Assembly (NCBI GenBank): GCA_965116495.1
Contig: OZ220696.1
Span: forward strand, 4,032,001 to 4,096,000
Source of the DNA: Gammaproteobacteria bacterium
GTDB taxonomy: Bacteria; Pseudomonadota; Gammaproteobacteria; Eutrophobiales; Eutrophobiaceae
Length of the DNA stretch: 64,000 nucleotides
Direction: 5' to 3'
Both the position numbers and the translations under genes were made by a program. The notes beneath the pieces were generated by a model. It saw only the letters and a program-made list of their open reading frames with translations. It was not told where the DNA came from and did no database searches. Positions 43,498-52,961 of the stretch are shown here, one piece after another (within the stretch, counting starts at the first letter, position 1; the number at the start of each line of letters is the position of its first letter).

Positions 43498-43678
43498 TCA
43501 TGTGTTGAAACTCTTTGATTAAATCAGAGTTGTAAAACTTATTCAATGTTCGCTAAGCAGGTTCCGGCCAGACACCGCTCCCCCCGGATATGCAAGTGTA
43601 TATTTCGCTGACTACCCAGCAAAGCAGTGTCGCTGTATGATGTATGGTAACAGCGAATACGGATAAACCTGCACCAGC

Positions 43679-44650
43679 TTGACTACTCTCCGACAACTCA
43701 TTGATTGGACCGAACAACAGTTTGTCCGATCAGACCTGTGTTACGGTCACGGTGTGGATAACGCCCTGGATGAGGCTGCTTTCCTTGTGCTGGGCGCATT
43801 GGATATACCGTTTGACGCGGGACCGGAACAGTTGGACAGGGGAGCAGACGCCGGTGAACAGGAATGTATAAGGGAACTGGTCGATACCAGGATCAGGTCA
43901 AGAAAACCCGTCGCATACCTGCTCAACAAGACCTGGTTTGCAGGCATGCCATTTTACGTGGATGAGCGCGTTCTGATCCCCCGTTCGCCCATTGCCGAAC
44001 TGGTCCAGGCAGGGTTTTCACCCTGGATTGAGACCTCCCGGGTAAACCGTATCCTGGACCTGGGTACCGGCAGTGGTTGTATTGCCATTGCCTGTGCCGC
44101 GACATTCCCCGAGGCCACAGTCGATGCAACGGATATCAGTACCGATGCGCTGGATGTTGCGTCTGTCAACTGCGAGCGGCACGACCTGGCGGCGCGGGTA
44201 AACCTGATCCGGTCAGACCTGTTCAGCGCATTGGGGGACAGGAAGTATGATATTATCGTCGGCAATCCGCCGTATGTGCCTGCTGGGGAAATGTCTGCGT
44301 TGCCGGAGGAATACCGGCATGAACCCGCACATGCCCTGGCGGCAGGCGCCGACGGTCTCGACGTGGTCGATCGTATATTGCTGGAAGCCCGTACACACAT
44401 GACGGCACATGGCATCCTGGTAGTGGAAGCCGGCAAAGGCCGCGCTGCGCTTGAGACAAAACATCCCCGAACGCCTTTTATCTGGCTTGACTTCGAGCAC
44501 GGTGGGGGAGGGGTTTTTGTTATCACAGGGACAGATTTGAAATCAGAAAAGGGGACGGAATTCAAGTCCGCCCCCGGTAAATCAATGAAATCCTTTGAGG
44601 ACGGACTTAAGTCCGTCCCCGCTGAGTGTTCGGACGCTGATGACAGATAA
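43679..44650 (+). CDS. prmB: 50S ribosomal protein L3 N(5)-glutamine methyltransferase, with repeat-derived C-terminal tail
   Basis: YGHGVDNALDEA, DERVLIPRSPIAEL, LDLGTGSGCIA, NPPYV, WLDFEHGGGGVF. Confidence 0.95.
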   Translation: MTTLRQLIDWTEQQFVRSDLCYGHGVDNALDEAAFLVLGALDIPFDAGPEQLDRGADAGEQECIRELVDTRIRSRKPVAYLLNKTWFAGMPFYVDERVLIPRSPIAELVQAGFSPWIETSRVNRILDLGTGSGCIAIACAATFPEATVDATDISTDALDVASVNCERHDLAARVNLIRSDLFSALGDRKYDIIVGNPPYVPAGEMSALPEEYRHEPAHALAAGADGLDVVDRILLEARTHMTAHGILVVEAGKGRAALETKHPRTPFIWLDFEHGGGGVFVITGTDLKSEKGTEFKSAPGKSMKSFEDGLKSVPAECSDADDR

Positions 44651-44666
44651 AAATAAATCTGTCCCC
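44527..44666. repeat. Cluster of four full/partial GGGGAC-type repeats spanning prmB end and soxC start
   Basis: GGGACAGATTTGAAATC, GGGGACGGAATTCAAGTCCGCCCC, GAGGACGGACTTAAGTCCGTCCCC, GACAGATAAAAATAAATCTGTCCCC. Confidence 0.88.
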
Positions 44667-45974
44667 TTTTCATCCGTTGCCGGCAACGGTTTGCTGGATC
44701 GCCGTCTATTCCTGAAAAGCGGCCTGGTATTGGGGACTGCTCAACTGGTTGCGGGTAACGCCCACGCCGCCAGGCGGGAGGAGTCGGTCAGACCTGATTG
44801 GATGAATGTGCCGGGCAAACCGTTTACTCCCTACGGACAACCCGCACAATATGAGGATGACGTGGTCCGCTATCCATCCCCGAACCGGCAATTGCGCAAC
44901 AGCGGCGCCTCCTGGACGCCGTTGCACCGGTTGGAAGGAATCATTACACCAAACGGCCTGCATTACGAACGGCACCACAACGGGGTGCCTCAAATCGACC
45001 CCGCCGGGCACCAGTTACTGGTTCATGGCCTGGTGCGGCAACCGCTTCTTTTCAGCATCGATAAACTGTTGCGATACCCGTTGCAGTCACAGGTCTGTTT
45101 CGTCGAATGCGGCGGCAACAGTAACGCCGGGTGGAACAAAACCCCTTCCCGGGCGGAGGCCGGCTACTTTCATGGCCTGGTTTCATGCAGTGAGTGGACC
45201 GGCGTGCCGCTTTCAACCGTGCTGGCAGAGGTTGGCATCGATAAAACGGCCAAATGGCTCATTGCCGACGGCGCGGACGCCTTTGCCATGAATATCAGCA
45301 TCCCGGTCGAAAAGGCCATGGACGACGCCATCCTGGCCCTGTACCAGAATGGCGAGCGCCTTAGGCCGGAGAACGGTTACCCGTTGCGTCTTATCCTGCC
45401 CGGCTGGGAAGGCGTATTGAATGTAAAATGGTTGCGGGCGTTAAAGGCTACCGAAAAACCCATCATGGCAAGGAACGAGACCGCCAGGTATACCGAATTG
45501 CTGCCGTCCGGCCAGGCGCGTATGTTCACGTTTACCATGGAGGCGAAATCACTGATCACCTCACCCTCAGGCGGCACGGTGCTGAAACAGGGACCGGGCC
45601 TCTACCAGCTATCCGGCCTGTCCTGGAGCGGGCGGGGGCGGATAAGACAGGTGGACGTGTCCGCTGACGGCGGCAAGACCTGGGCGCCGGCGGAACTGCA
45701 GGCCCCGGTCCTGCCCAAGGCGTTTACCCGCTTTCGCATTCCCTGGCAGTGGGACGGGACGCCGTCCGTATTAAAGAGCAGGGCGGTTGACGAGACCGGC
45801 TATGTGCAACCGGAAAGAGAACAACTAATTGCCGCGCAGGGCAGGCATGGCTTTTATCACTACAATGCCATTGTCACCTGGAGCGTGGATGAAGACGGAA
45901 CCGTGACGCATGTTTATACGAGTGAAGCGCAACAGGCTGATAGCGATATCAGTATTGATGCTGGCTGGGATTAA
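44640..45974 (+). CDS. soxC: SoxC-like sulfite dehydrogenase molybdopterin subunit (Tat-exported)
   Basis: DRRLFLK Tat signal, GIITPNGLHYERHH, ECGGN Mo-ligand Cys, QNGERLRPENGYPLR, VDVSADGG. Confidence 0.88.
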   Translation: MTDKNKSVPFSSVAGNGLLDRRLFLKSGLVLGTAQLVAGNAHAARREESVRPDWMNVPGKPFTPYGQPAQYEDDVVRYPSPNRQLRNSGASWTPLHRLEGIITPNGLHYERHHNGVPQIDPAGHQLLVHGLVRQPLLFSIDKLLRYPLQSQVCFVECGGNSNAGWNKTPSRAEAGYFHGLVSCSEWTGVPLSTVLAEVGIDKTAKWLIADGADAFAMNISIPVEKAMDDAILALYQNGERLRPENGYPLRLILPGWEGVLNVKWLRALKATEKPIMARNETARYTELLPSGQARMFTFTMEAKSLITSPSGGTVLKQGPGLYQLSGLSWSGRGRIRQVDVSADGGKTWAPAELQAPVLPKAFTRFRIPWQWDGTPSVLKSRAVDETGYVQPEREQLIAAQGRHGFYHYNAIVTWSVDEDGTVTHVYTSEAQQADSDISIDAGWD

Positions 45975-46449
45975 TTCCGGCGCTGATGAGGTCCGCCCAG
46001 GCCCGAACCTGGGTGAGCCGGCCGACAGCCGCGCCGTGAGCAGCCATGACTGGGGCATCATGCCGGACGGCGCGGGTCTCCCGGAGGGGAGCGGTACAGC
46101 GGGGGAGGGCAAGCCCATCTATGACAGGCTCTGCGTGTCTTGCCACGGCCCCGGCGGCCTGGGTGACAGCGGTGACCAGCTTGCCGGTGCGCAGATGCAG
46201 CTAACCGACGAGTGGCCGGAAAAGACCATCGGCACTTTCTGGCCCTACGCTCCCACCTTGTTTGATTTTATCCGCCGTTCCAAGCCCATGATGCAACCGG
46301 GCAGCCTCACCGACTCCGAAGTCTACGCACTCACTGCATACATGCTGTTCCTGAATGAGGTCATCCCGGAAGACCGGGAGATGAACGCCGCCACCCTCGC
46401 CGACGTGAAGATGCCCAACCGCGGCGGATTTATCCAGATCCTGGATTAA
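45910..46449 (+). CDS. SoxD-like monoheme cytochrome c
   Basis: PDGAGLPEGSG, CVSCH, KTIGTFWPYAPTLFDFIRR, MPNRGGF. Confidence 0.85.
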   Translation: MFIRVKRNRLIAISVLMLAGINSGADEVRPGPNLGEPADSRAVSSHDWGIMPDGAGLPEGSGTAGEGKPIYDRLCVSCHGPGGLGDSGDQLAGAQMQLTDEWPEKTIGTFWPYAPTLFDFIRRSKPMMQPGSLTDSEVYALTAYMLFLNEVIPEDREMNAATLADVKMPNRGGFIQILD

Positions 46450-46466
46450 TCTGGATAAGTAACTCA

Positions 46467-46494
46467 CGTCATTCTGGCGAATGCCAGAATCCAG
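46467..46494. repeat. CGTC-tagged REP-like palindrome
   Basis: CGTCATTCTGGCGAATGCCAGAATCCAG: CGTC tag plus ATTCTGGC/GCCAGAAT stem; single copy in window. Confidence 0.65.
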
Positions 46495-46501
46495 TGATAT
46501 T

Positions 46502-46750
46502 TCACTTGGCAACGATTCTGCCTACATCAAAATCCTGTACCCGTCCTTGATTGATATCATCTATACCCTTGTTAATTTCTTGACGTAAAGCTTCCAATTC
46601 ACATTTCTGTGTAAGCTGTTTAATTCGCCAGTCGCGAAGCGCCTCTCGCACAATCTCACTATTGGACGCATAATCGCCGTTGTTCACAGCTGACTTGATA
46701 CTCTGTGCCATGTCGGCGGTCAATGTCACAGTTATGCGTTCAACACTCAT
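46502..46750 (-). CDS. ParD-family (RHH) antitoxin, orphan and possibly C-truncated
   Basis: ERITVTLT..GDYASNSEIVREALRDW..LRQEINKGIDD; no parE downstream. Confidence 0.8.
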   Translation of the reverse strand: MSVERITVTLTADMAQSIKSAVNNGDYASNSEIVREALRDWRIKQLTQKCELEALRQEINKGIDDINQGRVQDFDVGRIVAK

Positions 46751-46842
46751 AGGATGTCCTAGATCATATTTGTTCATACTATATCATATTTTGGCACACG
46801 GAAGACGAAAAAGAGTGTTGTTATGTTGGAAAACACTAATCA

Positions 46843-46880
46843 TTGACCTACAGGTGACTGGTCATATATACTGGTCATAT
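46843..46880 (+). promoter_or_regulatory. Sigma70 promoter with overlapping operator repeats for the Phd-VapC operon
   Basis: TTGACC(46843)-N18-TATACT(46867); TGACTGGTCA near-palindrome and ACTGGTCATAT x2; ATG 7 nt after the -10. Confidence 0.6.
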
Positions 46881-47115
46881 GGAAACGATTAACGCATCCG
46901 ATTTCAAGGCCCAGTGTCTGGCGATTCTCGACCGCGTGCAAGCGACGGGCGAGCGTGTGCTTATTTTGAAGCGCGGTCGCCCGGTTGCCGAATTGCTGCC
47001 CGCCAGCCGAACCCAGGCCGAATTTCCACAGCTGGAGCTTAAAGGCACCGTTACAGTGCTGGGTGATATCATAGATCCGGTGGTTCCGGAAGAACATTGG
47101 GACAGCCTGCGCTAG
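46879..47115 (+). CDS. Phd/YefM family antitoxin
   Basis: INASDFKAQCLAILDRV..VLILKRGRPVAEL. Confidence 0.9.
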   Translation: METINASDFKAQCLAILDRVQATGERVLILKRGRPVAELLPASRTQAEFPQLELKGTVTVLGDIIDPVVPEEHWDSLR

Positions 47116-47513
47116 TGAAAGCGTTGCTTGATACACACGTGCTGCTCTGGTGGCTTGATGATCGCGATCGCCTCTCAGCGGCGCAACGGAATATCGTCAA
47201 TACGGTCGATAGCAAATCGCCGTTGCTGGTATCTGATATCTCTCTCTGGGAAGTGGCCATGTTGCACAATCTGGGACGCATCCGCCTGGTTATTCCTTTA
47301 CGGGAATGGCTTGATAAGGCAGCGGCACCACCACTGGTGCGGCGCCATGGTATCTCTCCTGCCATTGCCGCCGAAGTCGCTGCATTGCCTGCCTCTTTTC
47401 ACCGGGACCCGGCGGATCGTATCCTGGTAGCAACTGCCCGGGTTTTTGGCGCCACCCTGCTTACGCATGATCAGCGAATTATTGACGCTGCGCTGGTTGA
47501 TACTGTGAACTAA
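47115..47513 (+). CDS. vapC: VapC (PIN domain) toxin
   Basis: [36 protein letters not shown]; GTG overlaps the antitoxin stop. Confidence 0.92.
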   Translation: MKALLDTHVLLWWLDDRDRLSAAQRNIVNTVDSKSPLLVSDISLWEVAMLHNLGRIRLVIPLREWLDKAAAPPLVRRHGISPAIAAEVAALPASFHRDPADRILVATARVFGATLLTHDQRIIDAALVDTVN

Positions 47514-47529
47514 CGCGAATCTCCTTTCA

Positions 47530-48591
47530 ATGTCAGGCAACACCATTGGAAAATTATTTACGGTAACGAGCTGTGGGGAGAGCCACAGCTATGGATACCT
47601 GTGCATTGTTGACGGCTGTCCGCCGGGGATGGAGTTGAGTGAAGCCGATCTGCAGCACGACCTGGACCGGCGTAAACCCGGTCAATCCCGCCATGTCACC
47701 CAGCGCCGGGAGTCCGACCAGGTCAGGATCCTGTCCGGGGTGTTCGAAGGCAGGACGACGGGTACGCCGATAGGGCTCATGATCGAGAATGAAGACCAGC
47801 GTTCCAAAGATTATTCTGCGATCAAGGATAAGTTCCGGCCGGGGCATGCCGATTATACCTACTGGAAAAAATACGGTATCCGCGACTACCGGGGCGGCGG
47901 TCGCGCCTCCGCCCGGGAAACCTGTATGCGGGTCGCGGCCGGTGCGATTGCCAAGAAATACCTGCGTGAACAATATGGTTCCCTGGTGCGCGGCTACCTG
48001 GCGCAACTGGGACCGGTCAGACTGGAACTGCGGGACTGGGGCGAGGTGGAGAATAATCCGTTCTTCTGCCCAGATGCAGGCAAGGTCGCAGACCTCGAAT
48101 CCCTGATGGATAATTTACGCAAATCGGGCGATTCCATCGGCGCCCGGGTGAACCTGGTCGCCACTGACATTCCGGTGGGGCTGGGAGAACCGATTTTCGA
48201 TCGCATGGATGCCGATATCGCCAAGGCCCTGATGAGTATCAACGCCGTCAAGGGCGTGGAGATAGGCGATGGTTTCGGTGTTGTCGGGCAACACGGCACA
48301 GAGCACAGGGATGAGATTACGGCTGAAGGATTTTTGTCCAACCGCGCCGGGGGTACCCTGGGCGGTATTTCCAGCGGCCAGGACATCCTGGCGAGTATTG
48401 CCCTGAAACCGACCTCGAGTATCCGCATCCCCGGAAAAACCATCGACGTTTACGGTAATGAAACGGAGATCGCCACTACCGGCCGCCACGATCCCTGTGT
48501 CGGCATTCGCGCTACGCCTATCGCCGAGGCGATGCTGGCGATCGTCCTGATGGATCACGCGTTGAGACAGCGCGCGCAGAACCCCGGCTGA
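47530..48591 (+). CDS. aroC: Chorismate synthase
   Basis: [35 protein letters not shown]. Confidence 0.98.
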   Translation: MSGNTIGKLFTVTSCGESHSYGYLCIVDGCPPGMELSEADLQHDLDRRKPGQSRHVTQRRESDQVRILSGVFEGRTTGTPIGLMIENEDQRSKDYSAIKDKFRPGHADYTYWKKYGIRDYRGGGRASARETCMRVAAGAIAKKYLREQYGSLVRGYLAQLGPVRLELRDWGEVENNPFFCPDAGKVADLESLMDNLRKSGDSIGARVNLVATDIPVGLGEPIFDRMDADIAKALMSINAVKGVEIGDGFGVVGQHGTEHRDEITAEGFLSNRAGGTLGGISSGQDILASIALKPTSSIRIPGKTIDVYGNETEIATTGRHDPCVGIRATPIAEAMLAIVLMDHALRQRAQNPG

Positions 48592-48601
48592 ATTACTCTC
48601 A

Positions 48602-48626
48602 GGGGACGGATTTGAAATCCGTCCCC
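48602..48626. repeat. Short GGGGAC-type palindromic repeat
   Basis: GGGGACGGATTTGAAATCCGTCCCC between convergent genes. Confidence 0.88.
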
Positions 48627-48653
48627 GGTCTATCCCCTATCCCGTCCCCGGTG

Positions 48654-50390
48654 TTATCGTGGTTCGCCGAAAATAATAGTCACGTCGTTTTCGCTGGTGC
48701 CAGGGATTGTTTCGCCGGACGGCCTGCTGCCCGGTGAACCGCTCAGGGAATAGGGCAATATTGCCCATTCAACCGTCTTATCACTGTCGTTTTGAATATT
48801 CTCCAGCCACTCCGCGCTATCCGGACCTGCCGTGAACCACGGGCATACCACTTCACCGGCATTGAGGAGTCCGGTTACGGTCTTGCGCGTCGATTGATCA
48901 GGGGCGCCGGTGATAGTCCCGAAGAATTCAAAAAACTTTCTCGCATACCATTTCCGGCGGATGTTTTCGTCCATCACGAACCGGATCTGACGCGGCGCCG
49001 CCATCTGGATGAAAGTCCAGTCTTTCAGGTTTGCCTGCTGCCCCAGCATGAGCACGCCTCCCGTATCCGGGAAATGGTTGAAACCCTGCACCACCAGCCG
49101 GGAACGATAGCCGATGGCCAGGGTGACGATAAGCCGCACCAGGGATTGCGGGAGTTTATACACCGTGTAGAAAGCGCCTGCCAGGGCAACGACAGTCAGT
49201 AACGTAAACAACATGTTGCTGATCTCCAGCATGGAAAACAGCACGGTCAGGAGCAGGAAGCCCAGCATCATTATATTTTTGATGAAATTGTTTCCGGCCA
49301 GTACCCTGCCCAGGATGTTTTCACCCGCGTGAAACTGGATCAAGGCGTTGAGAGGGATGATGAACAGGCCGCCCAGCATGCCCAGCATCAGGATATTGAG
49401 ACCGTGTGCCGGCACGCTGGCAAGTCCCGGCAGGATGAACAGGCAGGTAGCCACACCCAATGCACCGACCGGGATCAAGCCGGTTTCGATATAGTTTTTT
49501 GATATCCTGCCGGCGACCAGGGAGCCCAGCATGATACCGATCCCGGCACAGGCCAGCATGCCCTGGATAATCCTGGTGTCGTATATGTCCAGGTTATCCT
49601 TGGCAAAAGCGGGAAAGGCCGCGAGCAAGACCTGGCCGATTGCCCAGAAAATCGCCACACCGATGATCGACAGAAAGATTACTTCACGTGATATTACCGC
49701 GCGCAGGTTGCCGGACAGGTATTGGCCGGTACGGTATTTGACCCAGTCAAAGCGCAGGTTTTCATCCGGCTCATGGACGTTAGGCAGACGGTAGGCCAGC
49801 AGCAACTCCACAACTGATCCGGCAATCAGGAACCAGCCGGTCTGCTTGATGGCGTGCAGCACATCCTGTTTGGTGGAAAAAGCCACGTCAGCCAGGAACA
49901 TCTCGAACGTGATGGAAAATACAAAGGTTCCGGTAAGAATGGCAACGGTGGTAGTTGCCTGCACCACGCCGTTGGCGCGCGCCAACCGCTCCTTGCCGGC
50001 AATTTCCCTGATATAGCCGTACTTGGCAGGTGAGTAAAAGGCGCTTTGTATTGCCAGCAGGAACGTCATGGCAAAGGCAGCCCAGAACCATCCCAGGTGA
50101 TAGAACAGGGTAATCATACCGGTCAGGGTGACTGCAGCCCAAGCACTGATGCGCATGACTTTGTTTTTGGGGAACTTGTCCGCCAGAAAACCTGTCGGGG
50201 TATACAGCAGGATGTACGGCAGCAGGATCAGGGCATTGACGATAGCCGTCAGAATGATCAGGGTATTGCCGTCGTAGGTTTTGAAAACGGTATTCTGGAT
50301 CGTGATTTTGTGGCCCAGGTCTACAAAGGCATTCAGGAACAGCATGACGACGTAGGGGAGGAAACCCCTGATCCTGAACAGATCATTCAT
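48654..50390 (-). CDS. LplT-like MFS transporter fused to a degenerate acyltransferase domain (Aas-like, no acyl-ACP synthetase domain)
   Basis: FLNAFVDLGHK, GFLADKFPK, QSAFYSPAKYGYI; C-terminal GGVLMLG..RQIRFVM PlsC-like region. Confidence 0.82.
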   Translation of the reverse strand: MNDLFRIRGFLPYVVMLFLNAFVDLGHKITIQNTVFKTYDGNTLIILTAIVNALILLPYILLYTPTGFLADKFPKNKVMRISAWAAVTLTGMITLFYHLGWFWAAFAMTFLLAIQSAFYSPAKYGYIREIAGKERLARANGVVQATTTVAILTGTFVFSITFEMFLADVAFSTKQDVLHAIKQTGWFLIAGSVVELLLAYRLPNVHEPDENLRFDWVKYRTGQYLSGNLRAVISREVIFLSIIGVAIFWAIGQVLLAAFPAFAKDNLDIYDTRIIQGMLACAGIGIMLGSLVAGRISKNYIETGLIPVGALGVATCLFILPGLASVPAHGLNILMLGMLGGLFIIPLNALIQFHAGENILGRVLAGNNFIKNIMMLGFLLLTVLFSMLEISNMLFTLLTVVALAGAFYTVYKLPQSLVRLIVTLAIGYRSRLVVQGFNHFPDTGGVLMLGQQANLKDWTFIQMAAPRQIRFVMDENIRRKWYARKFFEFFGTITGAPDQSTRKTVTGLLNAGEVVCPWFTAGPDSAEWLENIQNDSDKTVEWAILPYSLSGSPGSRPSGETIPGTSENDVTIIFGEPR

Positions 50391-50405
50391 GATCCTGGGT
50401 ATTAA

Positions 50406-50429
50406 GGGGACGGACTCAAGTCCGTCCCC
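50406..50429. repeat. Short GGGGAC-type palindromic repeat
   Basis: GGGGACGGACTCAAGTCCGTCCCC. Confidence 0.88.
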
Positions 50430-50439
50430 GGTAAGAAGG

Positions 50440-51885
50440 TCACGTGGATGTTCCGCCGACGGTCAATTCATCAATCCTGATAGTAGGCTGGCCCACGCCC
50501 ACAGGTACTGACTGGCCGTCTTTCCCGCATACACCGATGCCGGTATCAAGCCGCATGTCATTGCCGGTCATGGACACGCGGGTCAGCACGTCCGGCCCGT
50601 TGCCGATCAGTGTAGCGCCCTTGATGGGGCTGGTCAGCCGGCCGTTTTCAATCAACCACGCCTGGCTGGCGCTGAATACGAATTTGCCGTTGGTGATGTC
50701 CACCTGTCCGCCCCCGAACTGGGAAGCATAAACGCCTTTCGGGACGGAACCGATAATTTCTTCGGGATCATACTCACCCCCCAGCATATACGTATTGGTC
50801 ATTCTCGGCATGGGTAGGTGGGCATAGGATTCCCGGCGCCCGTTGCCGGTGGGCTGCATACCCATTAACCCGGCATTCATCTTGTCCTGCATATAATTTC
50901 TGAGAATGCCTCTCTCAATCAGGGTGGTAGCTTCCGTGGGCGTGCCCTCGTCGTCAACGGTGAGTGAACCGCGCCGGTTTTCTATGGTCCCGTCATCGAC
51001 CACGGTGACGCTCTCAGCCGCTACCCGCTGGCCTATCCGGTTACTGAAGGCGGAAGTCCCCTTGCGGTTGAAGTCGCCTTCCAGGCCGTGACCTATGGCC
51101 TCATGCAACAGGATACCCGGCCAACCCGGACCCAGCACAACCGTCATGGTGCCCGCCGGCGCCGGGACCGCCTCCAGGTTATTGAGCGCCTGTGTCACCG
51201 CATCATCGATGTAGCCGTTGACAATTGCATCATCCAGGAAGTATTCATAACCGAAGCGGCCACCTCCGCCGGCGCCGCCTTTTTCCAGTTTGCCGTTTTG
51301 TTCGACGATGACGTTGACGTTAAGTCTTACCAGGGGCCTGATATCACCGGTATAAACACCGTCGCTGCCGGCTATCAATACCGCGCTGTAAGAACCACTC
51401 AGGCCGGCGATTACCTGCTTTATCCTGGGGTCCTTGTTACGGGTATGGGCATCTATCCGTTGCAATAGTGCAATTTTTTCCGTGGAGGGTATCGAGTCCA
51501 GCGGATTCGCTCCGGAATAAAGCGGTGCTAGATCACGCTTCTGCCGGGGTTGCAGTTTTTGCTTGCCGCCGCTGCCGGCGATGGCCCGCGCGGCCCGTGC
51601 CGCGTCGGTCAGCGCCGGCAGGACGATCTCGTCCGAATAGGCAAAGCCGGACTTGTCTTCGCTGACTGCCCTGACGCCCACCCCCTGGTCGATACTGTGG
51701 GAGCCTTCCTTGATGATGCCTTCTTCCAGTACCCAGGCTTCGGCCTGGGAAAATTCAAAATACAGGTCGGCGTAGTCAATATCATTGACGATCATCTGGT
51801 CCAGGGTTTTTTCAATATCCCTGTGGTCAATCCCGGTCGGGCCCAGCAATTGCCGGGAGGCTTTTTGCAGTTGTTGACTCATCAT
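50440..51885 (-). CDS. tldD: Metalloprotease TldD
   Basis: GPGWPGILLHEAIGHGLEGDFNRK, PMPRMTNT, CGKDGQSVPVGVGQPT. Confidence 0.97.
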   Translation of the reverse strand: MMSQQLQKASRQLLGPTGIDHRDIEKTLDQMIVNDIDYADLYFEFSQAEAWVLEEGIIKEGSHSIDQGVGVRAVSEDKSGFAYSDEIVLPALTDAARAARAIAGSGGKQKLQPRQKRDLAPLYSGANPLDSIPSTEKIALLQRIDAHTRNKDPRIKQVIAGLSGSYSAVLIAGSDGVYTGDIRPLVRLNVNVIVEQNGKLEKGGAGGGGRFGYEYFLDDAIVNGYIDDAVTQALNNLEAVPAPAGTMTVVLGPGWPGILLHEAIGHGLEGDFNRKGTSAFSNRIGQRVAAESVTVVDDGTIENRRGSLTVDDEGTPTEATTLIERGILRNYMQDKMNAGLMGMQPTGNGRRESYAHLPMPRMTNTYMLGGEYDPEEIIGSVPKGVYASQFGGGQVDITNGKFVFSASQAWLIENGRLTSPIKGATLIGNGPDVLTRVSMTGNDMRLDTGIGVCGKDGQSVPVGVGQPTIRIDELTVGGTST

Positions 51886-51902
51886 GGTCTCCGGGAGTCT
51901 CC

Positions 51903-51994
51903 GGGGACGGACTGAAGTCCGTCCCCGCTGTTCCCTTGTGTCAGGGGACAGATTTAAGCATGCTCCTGCATGTAGTAAGCAGGGGTCTGTCCCC
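51903..51994. repeat. Short palindrome plus 51-bp GGGGAC-type repeat (minus orientation)
   Basis: GGGGACGGACTGAAGTCCGTCCCC (51903-51926); 51944-51994 is nearly the reverse complement of 60529-60579 and holds the C-N hydrolase stop. Confidence 0.9.
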
Positions 51995-52814
51995 TGTTGT
52001 TTCCTATCACCCGGTGCTCCAGCGCCGGGAACGATTGTCTCAATTCGTGTACCCTCGCCAGGTCAATATCGGCACAGGCAACGCCGGGGCCTTCTTCCAG
52101 GCTGGATAAAATATCACCCCAGGGATCGATAATCATACTGTGGCCCCAGGTACGCCGGGTTTCGGTATTCTGCCCACCCTGGTTGGAGGCGATGACGTAA
52201 CACAGGTTTTCCACCGCCCGGGCGCGTAAAAACAACTCCCAGTGGCGTTTTCCGGTGGCATAGGTAAACGCGGAGGGGACGGTGATGATCTCCGCCTGCT
52301 GCCTGGACAGTTCGCGATAGAGTTCAGGGAAGCGAAGGTCGTAGCATACCGTCATGCCGATGTTGCCTAACGGGGTGTCCGCCACGACTACATTGCCGCC
52401 CGGTACGATGGTATCGGATTCGTTATACACCTCTTTTTCTTCGTCTCCCACCTGGACGTCGAACAGGTGTATCTTGTCATAGCGGTGAGTGCAGATGCCG
52501 TCCGGGCTGAACAGCAGGCAGCTGTTGTACACACGGTCAGCCTGTTCACTTTGCAATGAGAAGGTTCCTGCCATCAGCCAGATCCGGTGGGTCCCGGCCT
52601 GGCCGGCGAGGAAATCCTGGATAGGGCCCTGTCCCGGTACTTCCCCGATGCTGATTTTTGCCGTTTCATCGTCACTCATGACAGGGAAATATTCCGGCAA
52701 CAGGGCAAACCCGGCGCCCCGGCCCGCTGCTTCCTCTATCAGTCCGGCAGCCTGGGCAAGATTGGCTTCAAGCTTATCGGAGGAAACCATCTGGATTGTT
52801 GCAACTCTGACCAT
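51954..52814 (-). CDS. Carbon-nitrogen hydrolase (Nit1/deaminated glutathione amidase-like)
   Basis: LLPEYF, YDKIHLFDV, TVCYDLRFPE triad motifs; upstream of tldD; ATG 52814. Confidence 0.92.
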   Translation of the reverse strand: MVRVATIQMVSSDKLEANLAQAAGLIEEAAGRGAGFALLPEYFPVMSDDETAKISIGEVPGQGPIQDFLAGQAGTHRIWLMAGTFSLQSEQADRVYNSCLLFSPDGICTHRYDKIHLFDVQVGDEEKEVYNESDTIVPGGNVVVADTPLGNIGMTVCYDLRFPELYRELSRQQAEIITVPSAFTYATGKRHWELFLRARAVENLCYVIASNQGGQNTETRRTWGHSMIIDPWGDILSSLEEGPGVACADIDLARVHELRQSFPALEHRVIGNNRGQTPAYYMQEHA

Positions 52815-52889
52815 CGCCCGAGTATACGTGAATCCGGGTTTTGAAGACAGCGTATCCTGCCTGAACTGGTATATAATGAAACATCCATA

Positions 52890-52913
52890 GGGGACAGATT
52901 TAAATCTGTCCCC
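52890..52913. repeat. Perfect 24-bp GGGGAC-type palindrome
   Basis: GGGGACAGATTTAAATCTGTCCCC. Confidence 0.9.
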
Positions 52914-52961
52914 GGCCAGGTCCCCGTATTGCGGAATTAAATACAACCCGGAGCGTGAACC

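Noticed and set aside
43514-43528. FNR-like box TTGATTAAATCAG upstream of nbaC
   Set aside because: Spacer is 3 rather than 4 nt and the right half is imperfect.
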